A DNA stretch of 64,000 bases. It comes from Candidatus Bathyarchaeota archaeon B24 (GTDB taxonomy: Archaea; Thermoproteota; CALKCG01; B24). The position numbers and the translations under genes are program-made. The notes under the pieces were generated by a model. The model was not told the DNA's origin. It ran no database searches and saw nothing but the letters and a program-made list of their open reading frames with translations. Below, piece by piece: positions 9,256 through 17,755 of the stretch; position 1 is the stretch's first letter, and every line of letters begins with the position of its first letter. Location: positions 25,277-89,276 of the forward strand of contig LUCB01000002.1 of NCBI GenBank assembly GCA_001593865.1, read 5' to 3'.

Positions 9256-9735
9256 TTGAGCGAAATAGAGGTTAGGGTCAAGTTAGGTGAGATGGAAACG
9301 TCGTTTACAGGTAAGTTGGATGACGTTATGGAAGCCGTCTTTGAGTGGCTTAGCAAGGTGTACCCGGCTTACGAAGCCATTTCCAAGATAGTGTATGAGC
9401 CGAATCTCGATAGGCTTATGAGAGAATGTTCAGACCTCTTGACGATAACGGAGGGGGGTATAATACTTAGGAAAACGGGTTTAACCGCAGAGGAGGCGAT
9501 AACGCTGAGCCTGGTGGGTGCTTATATAGGGTTCAGGATAGGGAAGTTAGAGAAGGAGTGTATGACACCGGCTGAGCTTTCTAGGACCACGGGTAAGGCT
9601 TTGAAGACGATATACAACACTTTAGCCTCCATGGTGAAACAGGGACGAGTGGTGAGGGAGAGTGGAGAATATAAGCTTACAAAGCTTCATATCGCGAAGT
9701 TCGTCTTCGACCTACTGCCTAGGCTTAAGGAGTAG
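9256..9735 (+). CDS. Paralogue 4 of the small wHTH family
   Basis: VRVKLGEMETSFTGKLDDV N-terminal motif. wHTH LSRTTGKALKTIYNTLASMVKQGRVVRESGEYKLTKL. Confidence 0.55.
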   Translation: MSEIEVRVKLGEMETSFTGKLDDVMEAVFEWLSKVYPAYEAISKIVYEPNLDRLMRECSDLLTITEGGIILRKTGLTAEEAITLSLVGAYIGFRIGKLEKECMTPAELSRTTGKALKTIYNTLASMVKQGRVVRESGEYKLTKLHIAKFVFDLLPRLKE

Positions 9736-10462
9736 ACGACTGCCCTATCTGACGGATAACCTTCATCGTCTTCCTCCTTATAACCGTGTGTATGGTATTG
9801 AGAAGCCGCATGATATCGTCGCGCTCCTTCTTTATACCGATCCATCTGTTGAACATCTTACTCAGCGTCACCATCCAGGTGATGCTCTCAGGCTCCTCGT
9901 AAAACGAAGCCATCCCTTTAAGCAAAGCCGCCTCCTGAGATGCGAAAGGCTGAAACATGACAGGTACAGATAACAGAGATATGGTGAGTGACCCAGGTTT
10001 AACAGACCTCACAAGCTCCATCACACGCTTACTCCTGTTAAGCTCCTTAGAGAGACTATCGGATATCTTGAAACCCGGTATTACCTTCTCGAGCTTGCTT
10101 AGGATGGGTTCCGGAGCGAAGTAGAACCTTTTACGTATAATTCCCTTACTATAGAGCCTACACTCCATAGGCTTAAGTTCTCTATAGACCTTGGCATACA
10201 ACTCGTTCATATCACCCTGGGTAACACAGTCCCAAACAGCCGTCATGATCCATACCCTGTCGAAGAAGCCCACGACCCTAGATTGGAATATTATCCTGTC
10301 AAACCTCGTCTTAGTTTTCTTAGGCTCGCAAACTATGACGCCGCCGCTATATCGCTTCCACTTCTTCATATAGTCCTCGAATAATTTAAGCGGGAAGGGG
10401 TCTCCTAGGGAAAACGTACTCTTTCTCCTACGTTTTTTCTTCTTAGCCTGGGTCAAACCCAT
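9725..10462 (-). CDS. Hypothetical protein, basic N-terminus
   Basis: Long ORF with no internal stops and no recognisable motif. Co-directional with the upstream Zn-ribbon gene. Confidence 0.4.
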   Translation of the reverse strand: MGLTQAKKKKRRRKSTFSLGDPFPLKLFEDYMKKWKRYSGGVIVCEPKKTKTRFDRIIFQSRVVGFFDRVWIMTAVWDCVTQGDMNELYAKVYRELKPMECRLYSKGIIRKRFYFAPEPILSKLEKVIPGFKISDSLSKELNRSKRVMELVRSVKPGSLTISLLSVPVMFQPFASQEAALLKGMASFYEEPESITWMVTLSKMFNRWIGIKKERDDIMRLLNTIHTVIRRKTMKVIRQIGQSSTP

Positions 10463-10474
10463 ACCCCCTTATGC

Positions 10475-10714
10475 TTAGCCCCCGAGCATTTGGAATAGAT
10501 ACGGCACGATCATCAACGCTATGAATATGATTATCATAGCTATCCAAACCTTCCTAAGCCTCTCCATACTCTGCCGCTCTTTAGCAGCCTTCTCCTCACA
10601 CTTCGGAGAACAGTACTTCTCACCTGGGGGAATGACCTTTCCACAGACCTCGCAGTGCCTATGATCGGCGATGTTCAGCTCGACCCGCGCCTTCTTCCTA
10701 GACCTTCTTGGCAA
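10475..10714 (-). CDS. Small zinc-ribbon protein with C-terminal transmembrane helix
   Basis: CEVCG...CSPKC four-Cys ribbon. C-terminal hydrophobic IAMIIIFIALMIVPYLF. Confidence 0.5.
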   Translation of the reverse strand: MPRRSRKKARVELNIADHRHCEVCGKVIPPGEKYCSPKCEEKAAKERQSMERLRKVWIAMIIIFIALMIVPYLFQMLGG

Positions 10715-10766
10715 GAACTACACCTAAAAGCTTATTCTCAACTTTCTTTAATTAAAGTTTAGGTGG

Positions 10767-11684
10767 ATGGTCTTCAAGACTTTCGGATGGAACGGCTTCG
10801 AGCTTAAAGTACCTAAAGACTGGGACATGAGCATAGATAGAGGGGGCTTCGATAAGGGATACATTAGGCTAGACGGGTTGAAATTTCCAAGGTTGGAGGT
10901 TTCATGGGAGCAGTATAAGGAAGATAAGGTTAAACCTTTGAACGATATCGTGGAGGCAGCGAAGAAACATCTGAGGAAGAAGGATAAAAACGTGCGGTTT
11001 ATAGGTAAAGATAGGTCTATTAGAATTTATAGGCACCCAGCGAAGCGAATCCGTTGGAGAATCGACGGCGACGAGGGTTACTTGATAATTTGGTATTGTG
11101 ATAAAAGTCAGAGACTCTATAGACTGCAGATTTTCTTCAAACAAGACGAATACTGGAGTTTTAAGAACGTTATCACGGAGATTTTGAAGTCTTTCAAATG
11201 CCACGTCGGAGGAAACTTGTATACATGGACGGCTTTGGACTTCACCCTGAAACTTCCTAAGATATTCAGGTTAGAACATAGGATCTATAAAGTCGGTAAA
11301 ATCGCCCTCTTGTTTGAATCTAAGGATTCGGCTATCTTTATAAACAGGATAGGTATGGCTAATGTGGTGCTTTCAGAGAAGTATGACGACGACCTCAGAA
11401 AGTTGTTGGAAGAGGAGCATCTGCCCGATATCCGGAAGAGGTTTAAAATACCCAAGTTTAAACGCGTTAGAAGGTTTAGCGATGAACGTCATGAGGGCTT
11501 TATCATGACTACATCCTATAAATCAGGGATTTTTATGCCTAAAGAGTTTTTCGTTAAAACCAGGGTTTGGACTTGTGAGCCGTCTAATAAAATCTACGCA
11601 GTTACCATGGTTATCCGTAAGGGTTCCGAAGCCGAGAAGATGAGGAGTAGGTTGGAAAGATTATTATTCTCGATATGCCCATAA
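10767..11684 (+). CDS. Hypothetical protein
   Basis: 305-aa ORF with a TATA-like TTTAATTAAA about 20 bp upstream. No family recognised. Confidence 0.4.
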   Translation: MVFKTFGWNGFELKVPKDWDMSIDRGGFDKGYIRLDGLKFPRLEVSWEQYKEDKVKPLNDIVEAAKKHLRKKDKNVRFIGKDRSIRIYRHPAKRIRWRIDGDEGYLIIWYCDKSQRLYRLQIFFKQDEYWSFKNVITEILKSFKCHVGGNLYTWTALDFTLKLPKIFRLEHRIYKVGKIALLFESKDSAIFINRIGMANVVLSEKYDDDLRKLLEEEHLPDIRKRFKIPKFKRVRRFSDERHEGFIMTTSYKSGIFMPKEFFVKTRVWTCEPSNKIYAVTMVIRKGSEAEKMRSRLERLLFSICP

Positions 11685-11706
11685 CGTATTATCCGGAGGT
11701 TTAGGT

Positions 11707-12156
11707 TTGAAAATACCTGAGGCATTATCTAAGCTATTCGGTAGGAAGAAGGCTAGGGCTCCCCCGTCGATCGATAGAGATGTCGTATTAGGGCTGGTTC
11801 CCATTAGAAACCCGGCTATAGAGTGGCGTAGGTATAAAAGCGGCGAGGTGGCTATCATAGTAACCGTTAAACGAAGGGGTCTGATGGCGCGTATAGATAA
11901 AGGTGAGAAAAAGAAGAAGATAATACTCGATAAGATGGGTTCTCATGTGTGGAACCTATGCGACGGCGAGCACACGTTCGGAGACATAGTCGAAGACCTC
12001 GTGAAGACCTATAAAATGCATAGGAGAGAGGCGGAGCTTTCCCTCGCAAGCTATTTCGACACTCTGATGAAGAAAGGTCTCATAAGCTTTATCCCAGGAA
12101 AGCTTTCGACGCTAAGGGAGCGTGGAGAAGTTAAGCAGGAAACCCCGCAGACGTAA
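11707..12156 (+). CDS. PqqD-like (RiPP-recognition-element-like) small protein
   Basis: PqqD signature LDKMGSHVWNLCDGEHTFGDIVEDLVKTY...YFDTLMKKGLI. Paralogue of the 18760 gene. Confidence 0.55.
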   Translation: MKIPEALSKLFGRKKARAPPSIDRDVVLGLVPIRNPAIEWRRYKSGEVAIIVTVKRRGLMARIDKGEKKKKIILDKMGSHVWNLCDGEHTFGDIVEDLVKTYKMHRREAELSLASYFDTLMKKGLISFIPGKLSTLRERGEVKQETPQT

Positions 12157-12955
12157 GCGGCCGTCTAGGGGTAGGAGCTTCTTCATACTTCAGGCGATCG
12201 GGATTTGGTTTAAAGAGGTATCTAGGAGAATCGGGCTAGTCATAGTGCATCCCTTCCGGGCGTTCAGCGAGATAGCGGAAAACCCCGACCTAGGGGGCCC
12301 TATACTCGTATTGTCCCTCGTAACGGCCCTCGACCTAGTAAACAGGTATATTCTCTATACCTACAAGACAAAGCTTTACATCGTGAAGAACCCAGGGTGG
12401 TATCAGCCTCAGCCAGGTCTTCCCCCGATGAACGTTTACACCCTATACACGCTTGCGATGACTTTCCTAATCTACATGGCTTATATGGTGTTGAAGAGCG
12501 TGTTAATCTACTATCTATCCGCATGGCTCTTAAGGGGGGAGAGAAGCTTCACAAGCCTACTGATAGCCACTATCTACTCCTTCAGCGTCTACATCCTCCG
12601 AAAAACCGTGGAGATCGTGTTCGCACTGTATATTCTTCCCCCCGTCGACATATATACGACCGTTAGAGACGACCTTCTCGCGTTAAGCTCCTCTACAACG
12701 CTTCTATTGCTTAATGAGGATTATAAGCGTATAGCCTTAGCCCTCAGTGAAGCTAGCAGAAAGGCATGGGAAAACCTACCGGTCTCTAAGGTCATGACGT
12801 ATGTTGTCTATGGATTCGACCTGTGGGTATACCTAATCGGAATACTGATAGTGTACTATATAACGGAGTTACCTAAGGATAAAGCGGTTATAGTGGGAGT
12901 GCTTCCCCTAGTTTTAGACGTGTTTTTAAGAATGGTCTTCACGAGACCTTCCTAA
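12122..12955 (+). CDS. Yip1-like multi-pass membrane protein
   Basis: NPDLGGPIL motif preceding the first TM. At least 5 hydrophobic helices. The first 35 nt overlap the PqqD-like gene, so the true start may be downstream. Confidence 0.45.
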   Translation: MEKLSRKPRRRKRPSRGRSFFILQAIGIWFKEVSRRIGLVIVHPFRAFSEIAENPDLGGPILVLSLVTALDLVNRYILYTYKTKLYIVKNPGWYQPQPGLPPMNVYTLYTLAMTFLIYMAYMVLKSVLIYYLSAWLLRGERSFTSLLIATIYSFSVYILRKTVEIVFALYILPPVDIYTTVRDDLLALSSSTTLLLLNEDYKRIALALSEASRKAWENLPVSKVMTYVVYGFDLWVYLIGILIVYYITELPKDKAVIVGVLPLVLDVFLRMVFTRPS

Positions 12956-13688
12956 AGAGGATGTAAACCATCAGCATAAGCAACGTGAGCAAGCTCAGCG
13001 TTTTAGCAAGCCTCTCCGGCAGACCATCGCTGCGTTGGAATCTCGGGATGTTCGACTCTTCAAGGACTATGTCGGCGTGGCATTCGTGGTCGACCTCGCC
13101 GTTTACACTTAGATATCGGATATGCGATTCGGCGTAGATTAAGATCCCTGTGTCTGCGTCGTAGGCTCTCTCTATGTAACCCGTTACGTTCGCCGTTTCG
13201 AAAGTCACATTCATGACATAGCATTCTACTTCGACCCCCATCAAATCTCGCCTATCGACGTTCACGGCCTTAGCCGTCAGGTTTTCCAGCTGGTAAACCT
13301 GCCCTATCGATGGCTTAAAGTTTATCCATAGATAGTTGGTGACGTTGAACACTTTTCTACCGTCTACTTCAACTATCATGTTTCTCTCGAGGTCTATTTT
13401 GATAGTGGTTAACGACTCGGCTTCATCTTTGAGAACCTTTAAAGTCACGTTTACCATCGCGTAGTTATCAGCCGTCACCTGGGTTATCTCCCACCTCATG
13501 TAGCCCTCTGAGGTTAAAACCCCCTGCTGAGTCGCGTAGGTCACGTTTCCAACATATTCAGCGTATACTCCTTCCTTTATCCAACCATCGTAAACGTCGT
13601 CTCCGACGGTCGATACGGTAAACGCTTGAAACACCAACGCCATTATGAGCAGGGCTAAGGCTTTACCGCTAGGTCGCATAAGTTCCAA
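12939..13688 (-). CDS. Secreted/surface glycoprotein with N-terminal signal peptide and C-terminal membrane anchor
   Basis: Signal-like N-terminus KALALLIMALVFQAFTVSTVG. C-terminal TM LSLLTLLMLMVYILF. At least six N-x-T sequons (NVTYA, NVTLK, NVTNY, NLTAK, NVTFE, NVTGY). Confidence 0.55.
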   Translation of the reverse strand: MELMRPSGKALALLIMALVFQAFTVSTVGDDVYDGWIKEGVYAEYVGNVTYATQQGVLTSEGYMRWEITQVTADNYAMVNVTLKVLKDEAESLTTIKIDLERNMIVEVDGRKVFNVTNYLWINFKPSIGQVYQLENLTAKAVNVDRRDLMGVEVECYVMNVTFETANVTGYIERAYDADTGILIYAESHIRYLSVNGEVDHECHADIVLEESNIPRFQRSDGLPERLAKTLSLLTLLMLMVYILFRKVS

Positions 13689-13692
13689 AGGA

Positions 13693-14589
13693 TTAGACGA
13701 GAGTACAGCTATAAAGCGTTTTCCTTATGAGCCCTGTACCATCGCATATGTCCGTGTTCAGACAGGCTAGGTTCTCCCTACACGATGCAAAGCTCATCCC
13801 ATATCCTAAAACCAGGGACCTCAGCGTCTTAACTATTCTATGACGGTAGTCCTCTGGGAGATACTTGTATCCGTGTATCCATCTCCCTCTTGAGTAGATG
13901 TTTCTAAGCCTATAGTATAGGTCTAGGTTAATCCTCTTAAGAGTCTTGAAGAAGCCTCTTACAGGTTTAAGCGTCGAAACAGTCACATGTCTGACACCTG
14001 AAGAAGCTAGGGTCTCGACTAATTCTTTAAGCCCCTCGGGGTCGTCGTTTAAACCCGGTATTATCGGGTCTATCCTAGCCCCGACCGGTATGCCTGCTTT
14101 CGACAGCCTCCTCAAAGCCTCGATCCTCTTCGAGGGGTTGGGTGCCCCGGGTTCCATGAACGACGTGAACTCCTCATCTAGGGAGGTGACCGTGAGCGTA
14201 ACCACAGCGGATGTCTTAGCCAACAAGTCCAGATCCCTAACCACTAGGTCGGACTTCGACACTATCAGGATGGGGAAACCGCCGTCGACCAAGACCTCTA
14301 GTATCTTCCTTGTCAACATGGTCCTTCTTTCGATAGGCTGGTATGGGTCTGTACAGTCGCTGAGCATGACCGGTAGCTTAACCGCAGCTAGACGCCTCTT
14401 ACGTTTAAGCTTCTCCAAAAGCTCAAACCTAGGTTTAACCTCCCCCCTGAAGGCTGGGAATTTAACCGAGTAGCAGTATAGACAGCCATGCCCACATCTG
14501 CCGAGATACGGGTTTATGTTAAACTTAGGGGGACATGTACAGTAAGCCTCGGGTGGAGACCTGAATCTGGGAAGGGCCACGAGCATCAC
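13693..14589 (-). CDS. Radical SAM protein, spore-photoproduct-lyase/DNA-photolyase-like subfamily
   Basis: CGHGCLYC (CxxxCxxC) near the N-terminus. About 300 aa with no SPASM tail. Start overlaps the mtrH stop by 4 nt. Confidence 0.6.
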   Translation of the reverse strand: MMLVALPRFRSPPEAYCTCPPKFNINPYLGRCGHGCLYCYSVKFPAFRGEVKPRFELLEKLKRKRRLAAVKLPVMLSDCTDPYQPIERRTMLTRKILEVLVDGGFPILIVSKSDLVVRDLDLLAKTSAVVTLTVTSLDEEFTSFMEPGAPNPSKRIEALRRLSKAGIPVGARIDPIIPGLNDDPEGLKELVETLASSGVRHVTVSTLKPVRGFFKTLKRINLDLYYRLRNIYSRGRWIHGYKYLPEDYRHRIVKTLRSLVLGYGMSFASCRENLACLNTDICDGTGLIRKTLYSCTLV

Positions 14590-15506
14590 CTGAACATCCT
14601 AAACAGCGGATGCCCCCTATCGACCTTAACACCTTTGAAACGCATATTATATGCCACATAGCTTGCGGCTAATGCGCAGGCCGGGTAGATGTATCTCGCA
14701 TGTGAGATGGGGCCATAAAGTATGAAGTTCGCCCCCAACATTATCGGTAGGGCCTGCGATACGGAGTTACAGCATCTGAAAACATACGGTTCTAGCGTCT
14801 TACGCCGCTTCCACATCGATATGGCGTTGGCCGGCCCGCAGCCGGCTGGGAGACCGGTCTCAGCCTTGACCTCGTAGACCGTTTGAGACGCAAGCCCTAT
14901 GTCAGGCATATCTAAGACGCACACATCTACCAGAGGCTTCTCGACTCCGGCGGCTTTAGCCGCCTCCAGTAGACCAGGCTTACCGTCCAACTCTTTCAGC
15001 ACTTTTAAACGGCCTTTAGGTGTCGGGTTTCTGGGGTTGTAAAGCTGGAGAACCGCTGCTTTCAGACCGGCTTCCCTTATGGTCTCTATCTCCTCCCGCC
15101 GGTAGTTTATGTCTATCGAGTTGTAGATAGCTCTGTCGGACAGCCCCGCCTCGGCTATATGCCTGACGACGGGTATTCTAACGTCTGCAGTAACCCCGTC
15201 TACCAGGAAGGGGCTATCGGTCTTATCGGCTACGAAGTCTACGAACTTTATCAGCGCTTCGGCTGTGTGCCCTACGACATCTATTATCCTCGGTAGACCC
15301 GTCTCCTCTGATATCTCCTCCTCTTTGTTGAGGAGCCTTTCAGCCTTAGCCTTGTCGAAAACTCCACGGGACTCATCCAGAACGATCTTATGCCCCTTAT
15401 AGAATATGCTACCTATCATGACGGGTGGTAGTTGACCGGGTTGACCTCCGACTTTGACGCCTGCTATCTCGAATATAGCTTGGTCTTTATCGAACTTAAA
15501 CATCAT
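14586..15506 (-). CDS. mtrH: Tetrahydromethanopterin S-methyltransferase subunit H (MtrH) family methyltransferase, stand-alone
   Basis: N-terminus MMFKFDKDQAIFEIAGVKVGGQPGQLPPVMIGSIFYKGHKIV plus DRAIYNSI match the canonical MtrH N-terminus almost residue for residue. Confidence 0.85.
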   Translation of the reverse strand: MMFKFDKDQAIFEIAGVKVGGQPGQLPPVMIGSIFYKGHKIVLDESRGVFDKAKAERLLNKEEEISEETGLPRIIDVVGHTAEALIKFVDFVADKTDSPFLVDGVTADVRIPVVRHIAEAGLSDRAIYNSIDINYRREEIETIREAGLKAAVLQLYNPRNPTPKGRLKVLKELDGKPGLLEAAKAAGVEKPLVDVCVLDMPDIGLASQTVYEVKAETGLPAGCGPANAISMWKRRKTLEPYVFRCCNSVSQALPIMLGANFILYGPISHARYIYPACALAASYVAYNMRFKGVKVDRGHPLFRMFR

Positions 15507-15588
15507 GATACCTCCCTGTGGCTTGAACCGCTAGGGTAAAACACTTTAAGGTGTATAAATGTTTTAAACGTAAGTTGGTCTACATCGG

Positions 15589-15912
15589 TTGGGGTTGGTA
15601 GAGATGTCGGACATGCGTGCAAAGGTTAGGAAGCTTCAGGGTATAGTGGAGTCGGTCGAGAGAACAGGGGAGAAGATGGTCGATGAAAACGGTATCGAAT
15701 GGGAGAAGTGTATATACACCGTTAGGCTCGTAGGTTTTTCTAAGAGAACTCCTGAGGAGAGGTTGCCTAAGGAGCTTGAGGGTAAGCGGGTTAAGCTTGT
15801 TAGGTGGGCTGCCTTCGACTGGCACTTTAAGCTGGGTGTCAGGAAGACCCTTGAACCCGACGAGACCGAGGCTGTCTTAAGGGGGGAGAAGACCGAGACG
15901 GTGTTCTGGTAG
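15589..15912 (+). CDS. Hypothetical protein
   Basis: 107-aa ORF with a TATA-like box upstream. Confidence 0.35.
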   Translation: MGLVEMSDMRAKVRKLQGIVESVERTGEKMVDENGIEWEKCIYTVRLVGFSKRTPEERLPKELEGKRVKLVRWAAFDWHFKLGVRKTLEPDETEAVLRGEKTETVFW

Positions 15913-16013
15913 CTTCTAAAAATATTTCCAACCAACCTAGACCTTTTTAAACGGATATCGTGATCCCATAGATAAGGCTTATATCGGTTTTAAAGTCCTC
16001 TCCTTAAGGGAGC

Positions 16014-16481
16014 ATGTCGGTCTCCGCCTTTGAGAAGGTGTTTTTAAACGCGCTGAGGAGGACGCTTAGGGAACTCATGGAGTATGATGAGGGGTTCAAG
16101 AACGTTAGGGATGAGCTTAGGAGTCTCATGAGGAGGAGAGGCATAGGGGAGGATGAGGTGAGAAGGCTTATGGATCAGATACCACCCTACGTCTTCGGGT
16201 CTCTAGTAGCCGACATAGCCATAGGCGCGATATTAGAGGGGGCTTCTAGGGAGCTTATGATCCAGAAGATGATCGCGGATGTGGTCGTCAAAGCCTTCAG
16301 CGAGAAGGGAATCCAAACTCTGCTGGAACGCTGCAACATAGAGGCGGCTAAGAACATGCTGGGTGAGGAGAAGGTGGAGGAGGTAGCCGAGAGGATAACG
16401 ACCGAGGACATATTCCAGACAGACGAATACGAGGAGTTCTGCAAAACCATAGCCAAGCTTCTAGAGGAAACCCTAAAATAA
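16014..16481 (+). CDS. Hypothetical acidic helical protein
   Basis: 155-aa ORF ending 32 nt before the tRNA. Confidence 0.4.
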   Translation: MSVSAFEKVFLNALRRTLRELMEYDEGFKNVRDELRSLMRRRGIGEDEVRRLMDQIPPYVFGSLVADIAIGAILEGASRELMIQKMIADVVVKAFSEKGIQTLLERCNIEAAKNMLGEEKVEEVAERITTEDIFQTDEYEEFCKTIAKLLEETLK

Positions 16482-16512
16482 ACGGCAAACACGGATCAAA
16501 TCGTCTAATAAA

Positions 16513-16599
16513 GCCGGGGTTGCGGAGCGGACAAACGCGCAGGCCTTGAGAGCCTGTGGGCCCTCCGGGCCCTCGTGGGTTCGAATCCCACCCCCGGCG
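16513..16599 (+). tRNA. tRNA-Ser (anticodon TGA), class II with long variable arm
   Basis: Acceptor stem GCCGGGG/CCCCGGC. Anticodon stem CAGGC/GCCTG with loop CTTGAGA (anticodon TGA). Long variable hairpin GGGCCCTCCGGGCCC. T-loop GTGGGTTCGAATCCCAC. Discriminator G. CCA not encoded. Confidence 0.85.
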
Positions 16600-16720
16600 C
16601 ATCTCTGTGAACCCGCGGTCTCTTTTAAAAACTTAGAGCCTTAGAAGCCTTGTGGGACGGCGTTCATGACTATTTAATGCTTGGGTAGGCTTATATCTAT
16701 CCCGTCGAATACTTTACGTT

Positions 16721-17032
16721 GTGGTTCCCATGGAGGCTATAGAGGAGCTCCTGTCCGAGAACCCTGTCCTAGCCAAAGCCGTAGCCTTAGAGGTCGTCGC
16801 GAGACGTAGGAGACAGCTTCTCGGCGAGCTTAGGAGGATCGAGGAGAGGATAAGGGAGTTCGAGTCCAAGCATGGTGCGTCTATCGAGGAGTACGAGCGG
16901 ACGATGGGGGACTCCTTCGAGGCGCATGAGGTATGGTTCGAGTGGAAGGCGCTGGTAGAGGTGAGGAAGTCTGTCGAGGAGGAGCTCAAGGGGCTTGAGA
17001 GAACGCTTAGAAAGCTTACTGGAAAGGTATAG
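16721..17032 (+). CDS. Small coiled-coil protein, first gene of a two-gene cassette (antitoxin-like?)
   Basis: Helical, charged repeats (RRRRQLLGELRRIEERIREFE). 38-nt overlap with the downstream gene. Confidence 0.4.
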   Translation: MVPMEAIEELLSENPVLAKAVALEVVARRRRQLLGELRRIEERIREFESKHGASIEEYERTMGDSFEAHEVWFEWKALVEVRKSVEEELKGLERTLRKLTGKV

Positions 17033-17372
17033 CGATATAATCGCTTCTGTCGAGGAGTTCAGCCTCGTCGAGAGGCCCGGAGTCGCCGTACTCAGGCTTA
17101 AGCTGAACCTCAGGGATGCGAGCACACTCTACATCCGCGAGATCTGGGTTCGCGGGAGGCTCGAAGCCTACAGCTACTACCGCATCGTGGAGGGAGAGGT
17201 ATCGGAAGGATGGAACAACGCTCGACATCATCCAGACATCCGAACCTTCCCCCACCACAAACACGTAGGTGGAAGAGTCGAACCCCTGGAAACTCCTTCG
17301 CTAGAAGCCTTCCTAGAGGCTGTGAGAAGAGCCTTAGAAGATCAGGCTGGAGAAGTAAGGGATCGAAGTTAG
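16995..17372 (+). CDS. Small protein with conserved His cluster (toxin-like?), second gene of the cassette
   Basis: WNNARHHPDIRTFPHHKHVGGRVEP histidine-rich motif (HEPN-like Rx4-6H possible). Confidence 0.4.
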   Translation: MRERLESLLERYSDIIASVEEFSLVERPGVAVLRLKLNLRDASTLYIREIWVRGRLEAYSYYRIVEGEVSEGWNNARHHPDIRTFPHHKHVGGRVEPLETPSLEAFLEAVRRALEDQAGEVRDRS

Positions 17373-17676
17373 AGACTGCACATATATATCCTTATCCAAC
17401 TTGCGGAGACTCGCAGAACCGAAGCATAGATGATGGAATTGTATGGGTCAGGCATCGTCGAGGTCTATGAGGAGTCGCTCGGTCTACACGGTGCTGCCTA
17501 TCACTTCATTAAGGAAGGAAAAGGGTAGCTACTTAATAGCTGGACGTAGAGTCGTTCAACTCGTTGAGCATCGAATACTGATGAACCAGAGGTTATGTTG
17601 GTTCTATGGTCGGAATGGCTGTTGAGATTGTTCTCTGCCGGGGATTTTTTGTTTATAAATGGATGAATAAAATTGT

Positions 17677-17686
17677 ACGTTAACGT
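17677..17686. promoter_or_regulatory. Perfect 10-bp palindrome ACGTTAACGT in a 420-bp non-coding region
   Basis: Read directly. Lies just downstream of a T-tract (GGGGATTTTTTGTTTAT, archaeal terminator-like). Confidence 0.5.
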
Positions 17687-17755
17687 TCCCGATGTCGGTA
17701 GATTGGATTACATGGGGGGTGATTTTTGTGTGTTTCGATCGAAGAGTGTAGAGGT

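Noticed and set aside
9662-9973. 103-aa plus-strand ORF
   Set aside because: It overlaps the end of wHTH paralogue 4 in another frame and is antisense to the 245-aa minus-strand gene. No motifs.
16348-16602. 84-aa minus-strand ORF
   Set aside because: It lies antisense across the tRNA-Ser gene and has proline/arginine-rich low-complexity translation. It is a GC-rich tRNA artefact.
17210-17625. ORFs 17210-17470 and 17443-17625 in the large non-coding region
   Set aside because: They start inside or overlap the His-cluster gene in another frame. They have no motif and are arginine/serine-rich. The region is treated as non-coding or possible ncRNA instead.
17373-17660. C/D-box sRNA candidate (GATGATGG ... 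ACTGATGA)
   Set aside because: Box spacing and terminal stem do not fit the C-D'-C'-D architecture, and the C box deviates from RUGAUGA. Not supportable without a covariance search.
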